Assembly (NCBI RefSeq): GCF_009914755.1
Contig: NC_060932.1
Origin: the human T2T-CHM13v2.0 reference genome, Homo sapiens
Length of the DNA: 64,000 bases
Strand: one strand, 5' to 3'
The stretch's first letter is position 1, and every line of letters starts with the position of its first letter. Shown one piece after another: positions 26,221 to 41,260 of the stretch. The notes below the pieces were generated by a model that searched no databases, was not told the origin of the DNA, and worked only from the letters and a program-made list of their open reading frames with translations. Both the position numbers and the translations under genes were made by a program.

Positions 26221-29200
26221 ATGCTGCATTTAGTTTACTGATACAACTGGCAATTATAAGTTTAATTGGTGGATTGTGATGGCAGATGCACATAGTAGCC
26301 CCAAAGTCATCTAATTGCCGATTTTGGAGATTCCTGCATATCCAAGACTTAGAACAACATAGCCTATCTCTGTCTACATCAATTTATTTATATCTTGTCT
26401 GTACTGGAGGTCCCCAGAGTGCTACAATTAGCACTTTTTCTGTTACTTTTTAGACTTAGTTTAATAGATATTCCATTCCCTATAATATTGGTATATAAAA
26501 TTCAGATAAGCATTTTACAATCCTAGGGTTTTTAGAGACCTTTTATTCCTCCCAATAACATTGATCTAACATTCAGACTAACATTAATGACTAACATTAA
26601 TGTCTAGACTCACTAGTTTTTATCTGTTACAATTTGGTAATTTTCAGAACCCATTAAATAAGCTATGAGATTAGAATGTTTTTCTAAAAAGATAGCAAGA
26701 AAATACATCAAGATTATTTTTTCTGCTGAAAAGACAACTGGCACCATTTCCAAAGAATGTAATCAATAGATGTCACATGGCTTTTTGTTGAAATGTCAAT
26801 GAAAAATAATTGATCATCATCTTTTACTTTGCAGGCACTATAAATTTTTCATGGATACTGTTATTTATCACCACTTTCATTAACAGTATTAAAATTTTCT
26901 ATAATTGAAATTTTATCAAATTTAACAATGAAAGCAAAAAGACTTAAAAACTGAGGTTTAATTTGCTGAAAAAACAACATAACATTGCTGCTGAGTTCTA
27001 CCTTGTATTCTTCATCATTTTTCCCCCGTTTAAAAATTTCATTTTCTTCCTCGCCAATGGCTCATAATAACAGCTTTGTCTGGCCTCTGAATTATTTCTT
27101 GTCACTTAATGCCAGCTGGAGTCTCAAGGAGTCCTGGCTTCACTTCTAGCTTTTAACTTGTCCAGACTGTAGGTCATTAATTGTTAAGTAAAATAGCTGA
27201 AGATCGGATAAAGTTGCTTAACCCCTCCCAGGCCAATGGCCCGTGCAGCCTGCGATCTCTCCTCTGTGAGTCATTCTGCTTCCCTCAGAGCAATTAGAGG
27301 GTCAGTTCTGGATGGTTTCAGACAGTATCCTTTGGTTGAACTCAATATTTCTTCTCTAGGGCACTAAAAGAGTTAAGTAACATTAAAATCGAAATGTATT
27401 TGCACTTTACCCTTTTCATCATTTGTGCTGTTGTTTGGATGTATATGGCACTTCTGCCTTGCTTTTCCTCCCACTACTTCATATGCATGGTTATTAAAGA
27501 CTGGGCCGATTAAAGTGGAGGCTGTCACGTACTTAGGCTGTTATTTAATGTATTTCTTTTGTTTACTTCATTAACTCATTAATTTCCTCTTTCCCCCAAA
27601 TTGTTCATGGTGGCTTATACAAATACAGAAAATGAGTGTGGAAAGTGTATGTTTGTGCATGCGTGTATTTGTATTTAGAGAATACCCAGTACAGAAAAAA
27701 AGTACAAATGTAAAACATACAATATATTAAGTAGCAGGCAGAAACATGTCTAATTACATGTAATAAATATATTTAAAACATTAATATATAATGAAATATT
27801 TACATATAATTATACACAATATTAATTTATTAATTCCAGGCATATTAAATAGAATCTGAGAGCATAAGAAAATCACAGAGAAAAAATGTACAAACCTGTT
27901 TTCATATGAAAAATTGCAAATCAAGGTATTTGTTCTATTTAGAGTTTGATACTTGCATTAGAGCTGCTTTTTGAACAAAATACTTATGAAAACCTATACA
28001 AGGCAATGCAAAAAAACAGAAATGCAAAGCTGCCCTGTTCTTTGCCCCAGCCCCTGCTCACCTACTCATGTTTAATTTCCTTAATGGTTGTACTTTTTTT
28101 TTAAGTGAAAGGACCTTATAAAGATAAGGGTACATTAGAATCCATTAACACCATTAGGGCAAGTGTCTTAAAGAAAATCCATTGAGCATAACAAAAATGC
28201 TGAATTTCTACTCTCTTCAACATTTTTTTTTCATTTAGCTCCCAGGACTATAGCCAGATGGGGTACATTTCAAAGCACCTTAATACCATTTATATTTTAT
28301 TTGTGGGATATCATGACCACAGATAAACCTTGGGAAGGACAGACCCGTTTACTGAAGCCTTGAGTTGGGCCACATGACGTAAACTGCACACAGACAGTTT
28401 CCAGCTGCAAAAACATTTAAATTCCATTTACAGCTCTAAACTATGATCCTGTCTTTGAAAATTCACCCTAGACCCTCAGCCCAGTGCTTGGTGGACTACC
28501 TATATGAAGACACTTTTACTTTACAGAAAACTGAATGCAGTCTTAGTAAGCTTTTAGTAGGGTCATAGGACTATTGTCAAAGGGCTTTAAATTTAATAAA
28601 AAGAGGAAGACATAGTTACACAAAAAGAACTACCATGGCTAAAATCTTAATTTTGTTTACTGCCACTTCGCTACCTGTTAAAAACCACAAACAGAAAAGT
28701 TTTATTTTGACCTTAAGGACAGGTCTATAAAAATGACTGTCTCAAGTCTAATGAAAATTTGATACTCAAGAGTAAAAAAGGAAGTTTTAAGAAAGAGAAA
28801 GGCAAATTTCAATCTGTATTTTCAGGAGGAAAAAGAAAGCAACTTACGTAATAAATAAGAGTGTGCCCACATTTAATTTGACACCATTACCTAGTGCAGT
28901 ACTTTTGGCCATTTGGTTAGGTTGCTTTGTATTTTCAGTTTTTATCTATCATTCTTTAAGCTGTGTATCTCTTATTAAGCATTCATAGCACTTCTAGTTC
29001 ATAGCAGTTGTTCACAACAATTTTCCAGAGGTCGCTAATGAAAGATGAGGCTTATGGACAGGAAAAATTTCAGTGTAACCCTCATTGACTCCTAGATATA
29101 ACATGACTTCTCATATGCCCCTCAGAAAAATATATCATAATATAAAGAAAGCAAGAGAGGGGTAACTTTGAATACAGCCTGTTTCTTTATTGTAAATAAT

Positions 29201-30070
29201 TTTAAAGGTCACTTCTTCCCCTTCTAAGACATGCCCAAAGCAGTAAGTCAAACCCAATATATAATGACAGTAGTGGTTAGGAGTACAAACTAGTGTAGGC
29301 AGTCCTGGGTTTGAGATCCACCTATGCCATTTACCAGCTGTGGGACCTTAGGCAGAGTACTTAACTTCTCCCATTTTTTCATCTATAAGATGGGGACAAG
29401 AATAGTACCAACATGATAAGATTCAAGAGAAGACCAAAGAACATTACATGTTAGTTACAATGCCTGGCACATACTAAATAAATGCCCTATTAAGAATCTC
29501 CAGTTTAGAGAAGTTCTGGCATTAAAAACCTTAGTTCAAAAATATTGTTCAGGTATCAAAAGCCTACTTCCATCCATAATGGAGAAACAAGGTCTGGATA
29601 TATCTTTCCAGAATAAACAATTTTAAAACTAAACAAAACATATGAAACACCTATTTTCAAACACTGGACAACAGGCCAGCACAGGACTGTGATCTCTGAG
29701 AGGATAAAAACAAGTGAGGTGAATTATATAACTGCTCCAGCGTTTTACCTAGAGATATTTTCCAGACTATAGCATAGCTAAAAAGGCTAAGCAGAGAATT
29801 TTGAAAAGACAGAGTTTGGAGTTAAACATCAAAGTGGCTGAAGTTTGTGGGTTATACAGTTATGTACTATTTATTCTTTTTTGCCCTCTATGTCTTCTTT
29901 TGATTGAGCATATTTAAAAAATTTCATTGTATTCTCACTGTTGGCTTATTAGCTATTACTCTTTGTTTTATTTCTTTAACCCTTGGTTTTTGCCAGGATT
30001 TACAATATGCGACTTTATCTTATTGCAATCATTTTTCAAATAACAGTGTACCATTTAATATGTGACATAA

Positions 30071-30485
<415 letters not shown>

Positions 30486-33181
30486 AGCTTTATTTTTAAA
30501 GCAATTAATTATGTTTTAAATAAGTTAAAAGTTAGAAAAGATTTTTTACTTATCTACTTAATTATTATTTCTGTCACTCTACATTCCTTTATGTAGCTCC
30601 ACCTTTCCTCCAATACACTATTATTTTCCTTCTGTTTAAAAAACTTTCCTTCATATCTTTTGTAATGCAGGTGTGGTAGTGATAAATTCTTTCCTTTGTT
30701 TGTCTGAAAAACAGACTTTTATTTTAACTTCATATTTGACAGATTTCTAGGTTATTTTTTCTTCTTTTAGCACTTTAATGGTGTTGTCTCATTATCTTCT
30801 GGATTTTATAGTTTCTAATAGGAATCTCCTGTATTGCTTATATCTGTACATCATAGGCTTTTTCCTCCTTATGGTTACTTTAAAAGTTTCTCTTTCTGAG
30901 TGGTTTTAAGAGATTTAATCATGATAGACCTTGGTGTGTTTTTGCTTGTTATTTAATAATAACTTTAAATGATTTAAACCACAATTAAAAGAAAGACACT
31001 ATCAAGTTGGAAAAAAAGAGCAAAACCTGATTATACTGTCTGTAAGAAACTCATTTTAAATGTAACAATGCAATTTGGTCAAAAATTAAAAGATGGAAAA
31101 ATATATACCATGCAGCAAACACTAGTAATTGGAAATCTAGGACTGCCAATATTAACATCTGGCAAAGTGAACTTCAGAACAAGGAAAGTTACTAAGAACA
31201 AACAGGAACACTTCCTAAAGATACAAGCCTAATTCATCAAGAAAACAAAACATTCAGAATACATGTGCACCTAATAATGAAGCTTCAAAATTGTCATAGT
31301 AAAAACTGATAGAACTGGCACAGACACAGATATTTCACCATTTTTTCTCAGTAATTTAAAGAAAAAAGTAGAGAGAAAATCATATGGTTCTACTAGGCTT
31401 AACCAACACTGTCAACCAACTTGATCTAAACGATATTTAATATGACACTGTACCCAAAAACCAATACAGAATTTAATAGAACATTCCCTATAACTGAGCC
31501 ATAAATATAAGATGTTTATATCAGAGGAAAAAAGATACAGTAGCAATGATCTATGCTTCAACTTTAGGAATCTAAAAAATTAAATAGAATAAAAACAATA
31601 ATTAAGTGGGGAGAATAAATAGAAAGTGAACTGATAATATAGAAAATTAATAAAAGTTAATTTTTTGAAGTAAGAATAATCAAAATTATCAATTTGAGAA
31701 ATAAAGGATATTATTACAGACCCTAGATATTAAAAGATAATAATAGAATATTACGAACCACTTTATATCAATAAATGTGAAAAGCTAGATGAAATAAATA
31801 TCTTAAAAGATACAAATTATTAAAACTCAGAATTAAAAACCTTGCCAAAACACAAACTAATTCATAAAAATAAATTGTATCTTGGTAAATAATATGATAA
31901 ATTGAATATTTAAGTAAAAATACCATTTCAATGACATCCAAAACCACAAAAACTTAAGTATAAATTTAACAAAAAATATGTGCAGGAATTTTACATTTAA
32001 AGTTATAAAACATCACCAAGAAAAATTAAAGATTTGAGTAAACAAAGTAAATTAAGAGAAATGCCATGTTTATAGATTTGAACACCGAATATTCCTAAGT
32101 CATTAATTCTTCCCAAATTGATCTATAGATTCAACACAATCCCATTCAAAATCTAAATCCAGTTTTTTTGCAAAATTGACAAGATGACTCTCAAATTGTA
32201 TTTAAATAAAAAGGACGTAGAGTAGCTAATGTAACTTAAAAGTGGAAAACAAAGTCAGAAGACTTAGAACACTTGATTTGAAAACTTACTGTAGAATTAC
32301 AGTAGCCAGAAGAGTGGTTTTGTCATTAAAGTAAATGGAACAGAATAAAGAGATTCGTGGACATATGGTCAATTAATTTTTGCCAAGGGAGCCAGATAAT
32401 TAAACAAGAAAAGAATAGTCTTATCAAAAAATGTGCCAAATCAACTAGATAATCATATGAAAACATTTTAAATCAACACTTACTTTACACCTTAGAAATA
32501 AATTAACTTGTAGTTGACTATATATCAAACATAAAAGATAAAACTACAAATTCTGTACAAGAAAACTTAGGAAAAAAATTTGTGAGCTTAGGAAAGGCAA
32601 ATATTACTTAGAATACAAAAAGCACAGAATATTACAGGGAAATGATAAACTAGACTTCATCAAAATTAAAACCTTCTGCTTTTGGAAAGCAACAAACTGG
32701 AGAAAATATTCACAGAATATATATCTCTGACATATGGCTTGTATCAAGAATATGTAAGAGCAAATAAGCCAAGAAAAAGAAGGCTAAAATATTTAAATAG
32801 ACGTTCACAAAAGAAAATATATGAATGGCCAATAAACACATGAGAAGATGGTCAACATTGGCAGTTTTTAAGGAAATGCAAAGTAAAACCATAATAAGAT
32901 ACTACTACACACCCACTTGAATGGCTAACATTAAAGAAATTGACAATACCAAATGTTGGTGATAATATGGAACAACTGGAAATCTTATACATTTTGGTTT
33001 GAATTTAAAATGGTACAATTGCTCTCAAAAATAGCTTGGCAGTTTATTAAAAGGTTAAATATACTTTTACCACATATATCAGCATTTCCACCCTTGAGTG
33101 TTTATCCAAAAGAAACAAAAACATATGTGTACTCAAAATCTTGTACACATACATTCATAACAAATTTACTTGGAATAGCCT

Positions 33182-33650
33182 TGTGACCATGGACTTCTAT
33201 GGGGCCCCTTGGTTCCCATCTCCTGGTGTTTATGACTAGTATAATTCCCTTCCCTTGAGTGTGGGTGGAACCGGTAGCTTGCTTCTAACCAATGGAAGCT
33301 AGCAAAGTGCTGCAATATCACTCCTGTGATTACTTAAGGTTATATGAGATTCTATCTTGATTGAACTCTCCCTACAGAAGGTATTGCTTTTCACTTCAGG
33401 CATCTAAGAAGCAAGCCATCATACCTTCTGCAGCCCCCAGGAAATGAGTTCTGCCAACAATCTGAGTGAATTTAAAAGAGAATCCTTCATCCGTCTCATC
33501 TGGATGAAGCTTTGTTCGCAGCCTTGCAGAAGACCCAGCTAAACTGTGCCCAGATTCCTAACCCAGAAGTCTGTGAAATAACAAATGTGTGTTGCTTTAA
33601 GTTGTTACATTTTGGGCACTGTACCACACAGCAATAGAAGATTAATGCAA
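33182..33650 (+). mobile_element. MLT1 (E/F/G-like) solo LTR inside the L1 3' region
   Basis: CCCTTGAGTGTGGGTGG...CTTGCTTCTAACCAAT...AATGTGTGTTGCTTTAAG...GCAATAGA. Confidence 0.72.
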
Positions 33651-34040
33651 GCCCAAATCTGGAAACAACCTGAATATTCAATGAGTATGTGGATATATGA
33701 TATATCCCTACTATGTAAAGGAAAATTTTACTAATATACATAACAACAAGGATGAATTCCCAAAATATTATGCTGAGCAAAAGAAGCAAGAAACTAAACA
33801 GTACATGCTGCATGATTCCATCTATATGAAATTCTTCAAGAAAGGTAAATATTTTCTATAGTAATAGAAAGCAGACCAAAGATCTTAAACTGCACCCATA
33901 AATTATACCTCAATAAATGCGATTTTTTTAAACCTTTGAAACTCAACATGTATATACCTATTGCTAAATATTTAAACTAATAAAAAAGTAGTTTATGCTC
34001 CTATTAAATACATATATTTAATATATTTAATATAAGATAT

Positions 34041-34272
34041 TCATGTGGAAAAAACTAAATCAACACTTATTTTATACCTTAGACATAAATTAACTCATAA
34101 TTGACTATATACCAAAAATAAAAGATAAAACTGCAAATTCTGTGCAAGAAAGGAGAAAATTTTGTGAGCTTAGGAAAGGCAAATATTACCTAGAATGCAA
34201 AAAGCACAGAATATTAAAGAAAATGATAAACTAGACTTCATCAAAATTAAAACATTCTGCTTTTTGAAAGCA
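34041..34272 (+). repeat. Local duplicate of the L1 segment at ~32452-32691
   Basis: Collinear copy sharing strings such as TTTGTGAGCTTAGGAAAGGCAAATATTAC and AATGATAAACTAGACTTCATCAAAATTAAAAC. Confidence 0.85.
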
Positions 34273-34286
34273 GAAGGCTATTTCCA

Positions 34287-34529
34287 TATATATATATATA
34301 TATATATATATATGGAATATATATGGATATATATATATATGGAATATATATGGATATATATATATGGAATATATATGGATATATATATATATGGAATATA
34401 TATGGATATATATATATATGGAATATATATGGATATATATATATATGGAATATATATGGATATATATATATGGAATATATATGGATATATATATATATAT
34501 ATATGGAATATATATGGATATATATATAT
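34287..34529. repeat. AT-rich minisatellite, unit ~[(TA)n TGGAATATATATGGA]
   Basis: Directly visible tandem array with variable TA-run length. Confidence 0.95.
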
Positions 34530-35240
34530 GTGCTCCAGAAAACATTTTTAAGACTGGAAATCTTGTTCCTGATACAGAGTGAGTGCTTAATAAACAATCA
34601 CCATCACCATAAAGGAATTTTAGGATCCTAGGTAGAACTCTGTATTGATACTATACAAAAGCAAATATCAAGAAATTTCATACTAGATAAGGGCTTTCAC
34701 TTAGTTTTGCTGACTAATAGTGTTTCAGTATGACTTTTTCCCTTTCTATTATGTGCAAGGCAGACCAGATTTTTTGGACCATGAAAAGGGCCTAGACCCT
34801 GTGTTCCAGAAACAAAGATTATTAAGAGATAAAGGAAAACACTGTAAGTCATCGTAAGGCCAGGTAGAAAGTGAGGGTGCAGATAAAGTCCTATGTGCAT
34901 TCACAGGAAGGAGTACTTGTTTGGGGACAGAAGCTCAAGATAAACTCATGGAGAAGGAAATGTTTGAGCTAGACCTTGAAGGATATCTAGAATTTGGATG
35001 TGTAGAGAAGAAAAGAAACCAAATGTAAGAATGTTTTTGTTTAGATGTCAAAATATTGAGAATTTTAAAAGAGTTCGTTTAAAAAGATCATAGCATAAAA
35101 AGAAATAGTGCAGATTGTGGAGAGATTTGAATGATTTCTATTCCTAATACACTGTCTCTGGGTGGTCATCCAATCTCATGGTATTAAGTAGCACATTATA
35201 TCTTTGGTCAGCCTCTTCATTGATCTCCAAATTCAATATC

Positions 35241-35421
35241 CAGGTTCATTGATTGTAACAAATGTACTACTCTGATGTGGGGTTTTTGTCATGGGGGAGG
35301 CTCCGCATGTGTGGAGCAGGAGGTATATGGACAATCTCTGTACCTCCCACCTAATTTTGCCATAAACCTAAAATTGTACTAAAAAATAAATTATATTTTA
35401 AAAATTCTATTTTAAAAAGTT
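35241..35421 (+). mobile_element. Short L1MC/MD-type 3' end inserted in an L2 relic
   Basis: GATTGTAACAAATGTACTACTCTG...AAACCTAAAATTGTACTAAAAAATAAA, flanked by the direct repeat AATATCCAG. Confidence 0.75.
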
Positions 35422-36432
35422 AATATCCAGCTGCTTCCTTGCTGTTGTCTTGAATAGCCAATAGTAATAATACCTTCAACATAGTAAAAATAGATTTTTT
35501 TACTCCACATGCCCCTAAACATCTGTACTCCTAATTTTCTTCTTAATAAATGATACCATTATCTACTTCTCTGGTCAAAAAAAAAAAAAAAAAAGAAAGA
35601 AAAAAAAAAGAGTCCCTCACCTCCATTTCAAATACATTGAGAATTCCTGCCCATTTTCCCCTGAAAACATACCTAGAATATCTGCCTCTAATTCACTGAC
35701 TTAGACTACCGAGACCTAATCTCTTGCTGATACTGCCTTGGCATGCTAACTGCTTGCCCTGCTGCCATTCCTCCTCAATCTCCTTCCACAGAGAAGCCAA
35801 AATAATATTTTTAAGTTAAACTATATTGTGTAACACCCATGAAAACCTTTGATCAGCTTCACATTGCAGTTGGAATGAAGTCCAGCTTTCTTATGACGTC
35901 TGCAAACCTCTGCATGCCTGGCCATTGGTTACCTCCCTAGCTCATTTCTCACCATTCTCCTCCTCACTCAGCCTCAGAAACACAGGTTCAAGCTAAGTTC
36001 TGCTCAGGACCCTTCCTTTGCTATTTCCTCTACCTAGAAAACTCTGGCCAAGTCTCTTCAAATGGCTACTATATCCTGTCACTATGTTCTCCTTCAGTAA
36101 GGCTCTTTTTGTTCAACAAATCTATTTAGTCCCCTACCCAGGATTGGCCCCAAAATTTAAATAGTTTTAGGGCCCTCTTTAAGTGGTCAGAATGGAATGA
36201 GACATCAATGTAACCAGCTGGAGTAAAATATCTTACTTTAGTAAATATGACCATGCAAACACATTTCTAGGGTTCCACTAAGGCTGAAGAAAGGGTCTTT
36301 GCAATTGAAGCGCTCTTTATCTTGAGCTTCATCAGCTTCACAGTAAACCTTCCTCTCAACCCACTTAGTCATGCTTCTTCACATCACTCTTTTTCATTTT
36401 CTTCCTAGCCCTTATTATTTTTCGAAAGTTAC

Positions 36433-36796
36433 TGTATTAGTCTGTTCTCACATTGCTAATAAAAACATACCCGAAACTGGGTAATTTATAAAGAAAAAGA
36501 ACTTTAATAAACTCACAGTTCTACATAGCTGGGGTGGCCTCTCAATTATGGTGGAAGGTGAAGGAGGAGCAAAGGCACATCTTACATGGCAACAAATAAG
36601 AGGGCATGTGCAGGAGAACTGCCCTTTATAAACCCATCAGCTCTCATGAGACTTATTCATTATCACAAGAACAGCAGGGGAAAAACCTGTCCCCATGATT
36701 TGATTACCTCCCATGGGTCCCTTCAATGACATGTGAGGATTATGGGAACTACAATTCAAGATGAGATTTGGGTGGGGACACAGCCAAACCATATCA
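36433..36796 (-). mobile_element. THE1-family solo LTR
   Basis: TGTATTAGTCTGTTCTCAC...CAGCCAAACCATATCA. 5-bp TSD GTTAC at 36428-36432 and 36797-36801. Confidence 0.92.
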
Positions 36797-37209
36797 GTTA
36801 CTTTCCATGTATTTGTCTACTCATTTAAGATCTGATGTCTCTTTCCCTGTTAGAATGTAAACTCCATAGGACCTTGCTGAAAATTCATAACTGTAAGCCA
36901 GGAACCTGGAACAGTGCCTGTCACCTATTCGGCCTCAGTGAATATTTGTTGAATGAGTAAATAGTAAATTGTTTGAATTTGAATCTGTAGAAAATGATGT
37001 GTAAAATAAATTAAATAAGGAAATAATGTAAAGCAATGATACATTAAGGGGACTATTGCTATGGTTTTAGCCAGAGAAAATGAAGGCCTGAATTCAGGTT
37101 ATGCAAATGAAAATGGTGAGAAAAATATAAACATATAAAAGATCTAATCCTTGTTGAGATATACAGGATTTGACAGCTTAAATACGAGTAGCAAGTGGAG
37201 AGAAGTTGT

Positions 37210-37606
37210 TGCCTTACTGCATTTCTACTGCTATAACAAAATACCTCAGGGTAATTTATAAATGACAGAAGTTTATTGCTTATAGTTCTGGAGGCTGGAA
37301 AGTCCCAGATCAAGGCCCCAGCAGATTCAATGTCTGGTGAGAGCTTGCTTTCCTCTAAGATGGCGTCCTTTGCTGCATCTTTATATGGAGTAAGGCACAA
37401 CTGTGTTCTCACATGACAGAGGGCAGAAGAGCAAAAATGGACAAACTCTCTCCCTCAGTCTTTATAAGAGCACCAATCCCATCCCTGAGGTCTCTGCCCT
37501 CATGGCCTCATTGTCTCCTAGAGGCCCCACCTTTTAACACCATCACTTTGGAATTTAAGTTTCAACATATGAATCTCAGAGGGACACATATTGTTAAACT
37601 GTAGCA
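37210..37606 (-). mobile_element. MST/MLT1A-like solo LTR
   Basis: CTGCTATAACAAAATACC...GTTCTGGAGGCTGGAAAGTCCCAGATCAAGG...TTTCAACATATGAAT. Confidence 0.8.
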
Positions 37607-39849
37607 GGTGTCAAATGTAGTGGTAATACTGTAAGCCTGGACAATGAGAAGATGGTGCTACCATTAAAAGGAACAAAAATGTTTCTCTGAAGAAAATCCT
37701 GAGGTTAGGGTCTTAAATTGAATTGGAGATGGACTAAAATATTGCCTGTAAATATGTGAATCTGTTTTTTAGGAATTCCATTTTCCTGTTGATTATTTTT
37801 TACAATATTGGTATTATTTACTCTTATAAAATGCTCTGGTCTCTAATCTTAAAAAAATCATATTATTAACAGAGCCAAAATTCTATTAGTATAGGGAAAG
37901 ATTAATTTTCTGATATTATTGGTGACATTTGGAATAAGAAAAAATATAACTATAAAGAAACCTGGTCCATTTTCATATTTGACCTAATTTCACTTCCTAA
38001 GAAAGTTTGCTAGTGTCAACTACAATAAGCAAAACTCTAGAATAGAATCCGTCTATTTGATCATCTGTTAAAGCCAGATAATGTACTATTCTCTCTGTGT
38101 GCTAAGTGTTAGGAATGTTTGTTCCTAACACTTGCTGTGTGACTTACCGGCTTTGCTAAATGAACAGCTACTGAAAGAAGGTCCAAGATTCAAAATGGAG
38201 CCCCACAGGAAATATGTTTAATGAAACACTCAGCTGGGGGACCTAAAATTTTGTAAGGTAGAATTTCAGATAACACTCTTTCAATCTGCTCTCTGGTTTA
38301 AAATGTATTATTATGCAATATGCTGACAGGTACTATTTTTTCTCCTTTTCCTGGTTGAAACCTCATCCAACCTGCAATTGGAAAAAGGAGGCAACATATA
38401 AATGTAGAACAGATAATTCTGGTCCACTAAAGCCAAATTATCTATGACTAAGTTTATAAGAGATAAAAAGCATGAAATGGGGTTTCAACAGATTTTTGTG
38501 CAACTCATTTATCAAGGAAATGTGAAGGCCGCTTGCTGCATCTAACTCTTCTTGACCCCTAATCTCACCTGTACAGGCCTCACCTGTACTCTCATGAGTA
38601 CATAGAGACTTTACAAAAGAGTAACTCAAACCTGTCTTTGCCTTACAGACACTACTTCTACGTCAGACCCTTCAAATGGAAGTGGCTCCTTTTCCCGTCA
38701 TATCCCAAGCCTATGAGGCTACAGGCCAGCTGTTTACATATTCTCCTAGGCCTATCTTCCTCTCCAGGCCATGATGCTTCCACCAGGATATCAGTCCCTC
38801 TTCCTCTGAGATGCATTTCATCTGGATACAAAGAATCTACCAAACTGTCTCTCCCATCTCCACTCCTAATGAATGTAAGACTTTGGCACTCATCTTAACA
38901 ATTTTCTACTCCAGCAAAGTCCAGGTTTCATTATGAATGACCTGAGAATTCATATGTACAGCCCATCCAACTCTGGTTACAACATTTTTTGCTTTTCTTA
39001 AAGTCAATGAATTTCATCTTCATTCCACTTCAGCAACCCATTCCCACAAACTGGGATTTCAGCCAGAATTTCAGGTTCTCTAATCACAACTTTCATCCCT
39101 CTACCTTCTCACTCCTTAATTTACGATACAGGAATATTCACAAGACATATAGCAAAGGATCAGTACCCCACAAATCAATAAGAAAAGGTCAAACTACCAG
39201 TAGGAGAAAATGGGCAACTTATTTGAACAGGCAATTTAGAGGAGACCCCCCAAGTCACTCCTCAGGTTCTTGATTCTTTTCTTCACATTCATTATCCTCA
39301 CCCCATAATTTAAATCCTTCCCATTCTCTTACTTACATCCTCAAAACTCTCCCTTCCATCTGCTCTACAAGTCACCACATCTTCTATTAATCCATCTATC
39401 ATTTTTCCCAGGTCACCCCTTCCTGCTGACGGCCGCTGGGTACAATTAGAAAACCTTGCGATTTGGTGCCCTACAAACTTAAGATTTTTGACCTCAGATG
39501 GAGTGTTGAGTCCCACAGAAGCAATCCTAAGCTCTTATCACTATACTAATGATATTTATTTTCAGTTAACAGATTATAAATTTCGTGTTGTCTCATAGGA
39601 AAAACAATGCAACTATCAGGTGGGACTGCTTTCCATTTCCTTATCATAAATCAGTATTTCTATATCCATTCAACAATATGAACAAAGCACAGTCTTTCTT
39701 AAAGAAAACTTTAAACACATTTATATTTATATTTACATTTACATTTATATTTTATGCCTCAAAGAAAACTAATATTATTGTTCGCATCTTGATACACTTT
39801 CTATGAGTTTTCAAATATATATGAGATGAATTTTTCATGTTTCTATTTT

Positions 39850-41260
39850 TTGTAGTGTTCTGTAGCAACCACTCTTAAATTTCCTTGTTTTTACTGACAA
39901 TCTGGTTAGAGATTTTGCCATTTCAGTGTTCTGTAGCTTCTGCTTTACATATCATTGTATAAATACATCACAGCTGATTTAGCCATTCTTCTAAATATGC
40001 TCCTATAGGTTGTTTCTAATATATTAATACTGCAAACAATGGTATCATGAATATCTTTTTACATACTTCCCACTGCATGTGTGCAATTGTTTCTCAGAAA
40101 TATCTAGAAGTGAAAGTGTTAGGTATAGCTTGTGTACATTTTTAAAAAAATTCTTTGTTATTGTCAGTTGCCCTCTAAAATGCTGTATAATTTACAATTC
40201 TATAATCAATGAATGAGATTAACTGTTTTTCTGAACCTTCAGAAACACTTGATATGTGGTACTTTCTTGCTAGACCAATAGGTAAAAGATGGCATTGCAT
40301 TATGTTAATTTACATTTTCTTGGCTACTAGTATGATAACTTGAAGTGTTAATTGGACATTAATATTTTCTTTTCTGTGAAAAGCCAGTTACATCCATTGC
40401 CCATTTTTCTTTTGAAATGTTTTTTCCTATTGATTTGTTATAATTATGTAATAAATACATATATTTTGAGTATTTTAAATATTACAACATTTTTCTTACA
40501 GTTTGTCAATTTTCTGCCACTCTGTCCAGTGACAGACTTTTAAATTTTAATTATGTTGATGCTTGCGTGAAATTTAAGATTGTTAATTTTGACATAGACA
40601 ACTATACCAATCTTTTGCTTTAGAGCTCTGTTTCCTGTTGAAGGAAAACTTTCTCTAGCTTAAGGTAAGATGCATAAACCTGTATATTTTCTTCTAATTC
40701 TCTATATAGGCACACAGACATGCAAACATACATATATGGGGGCACATTTTGATTAGGTCTTTAGCTCAGTTGGAATTTACTTACTTAGCTCTATGTGGCA
40801 GATATATTACTTTATTTTTACCGAATTGTCACAAAACTATTTATTAAAGAATCTATCTACTCCACAGTGAGTGTATCATATTCTAAGCTCTATTTATACA
40901 ACGGTTTATTGCTAGTGTCTCTATGCTGTTCCACTGGTTTGTTGTTTTATTTTTATATGACTATCATAATATTTGACTTACTACATCTGTAATGCAAGTT
41001 TTGAAATCTTGTATTTCAAATTTTTCTGAGATAATTTTGCTCATTTTTATTTCTTCAGATAAATTTTAAAGTTTTCTTACTGTATTGCTTTTAAAAATCT
41101 TGTTGATTTTTTATTTGGACTGGATTGAATTTATAGATTTTTCTGGTGAGTACTGAAATATTTAAATATTTTATCTTCCTATCCAGGAACAAAGTATCTT
41201 TCTCCATTAATTCAGATTTGTTTTTATTCCTCCGTTTTATACTTTTTTTGTGCATCTTTT
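39850..41260 (-). mobile_element. Very old antisense L1 (L1ME-like) remnant
   Basis: T-rich antisense L1 ORF2/3' motifs (TTGCCCATTTTTCT, GATTGAATTTATAGAT); highly diverged. Confidence 0.55.

Noticed and set aside
34195-34631. Overlapping Y/I-rich ORFs, or a CRISPR-like array
   Set aside because: These are translations of a TA minisatellite; there are no unique spacers, no cas genes, and the context is primate.
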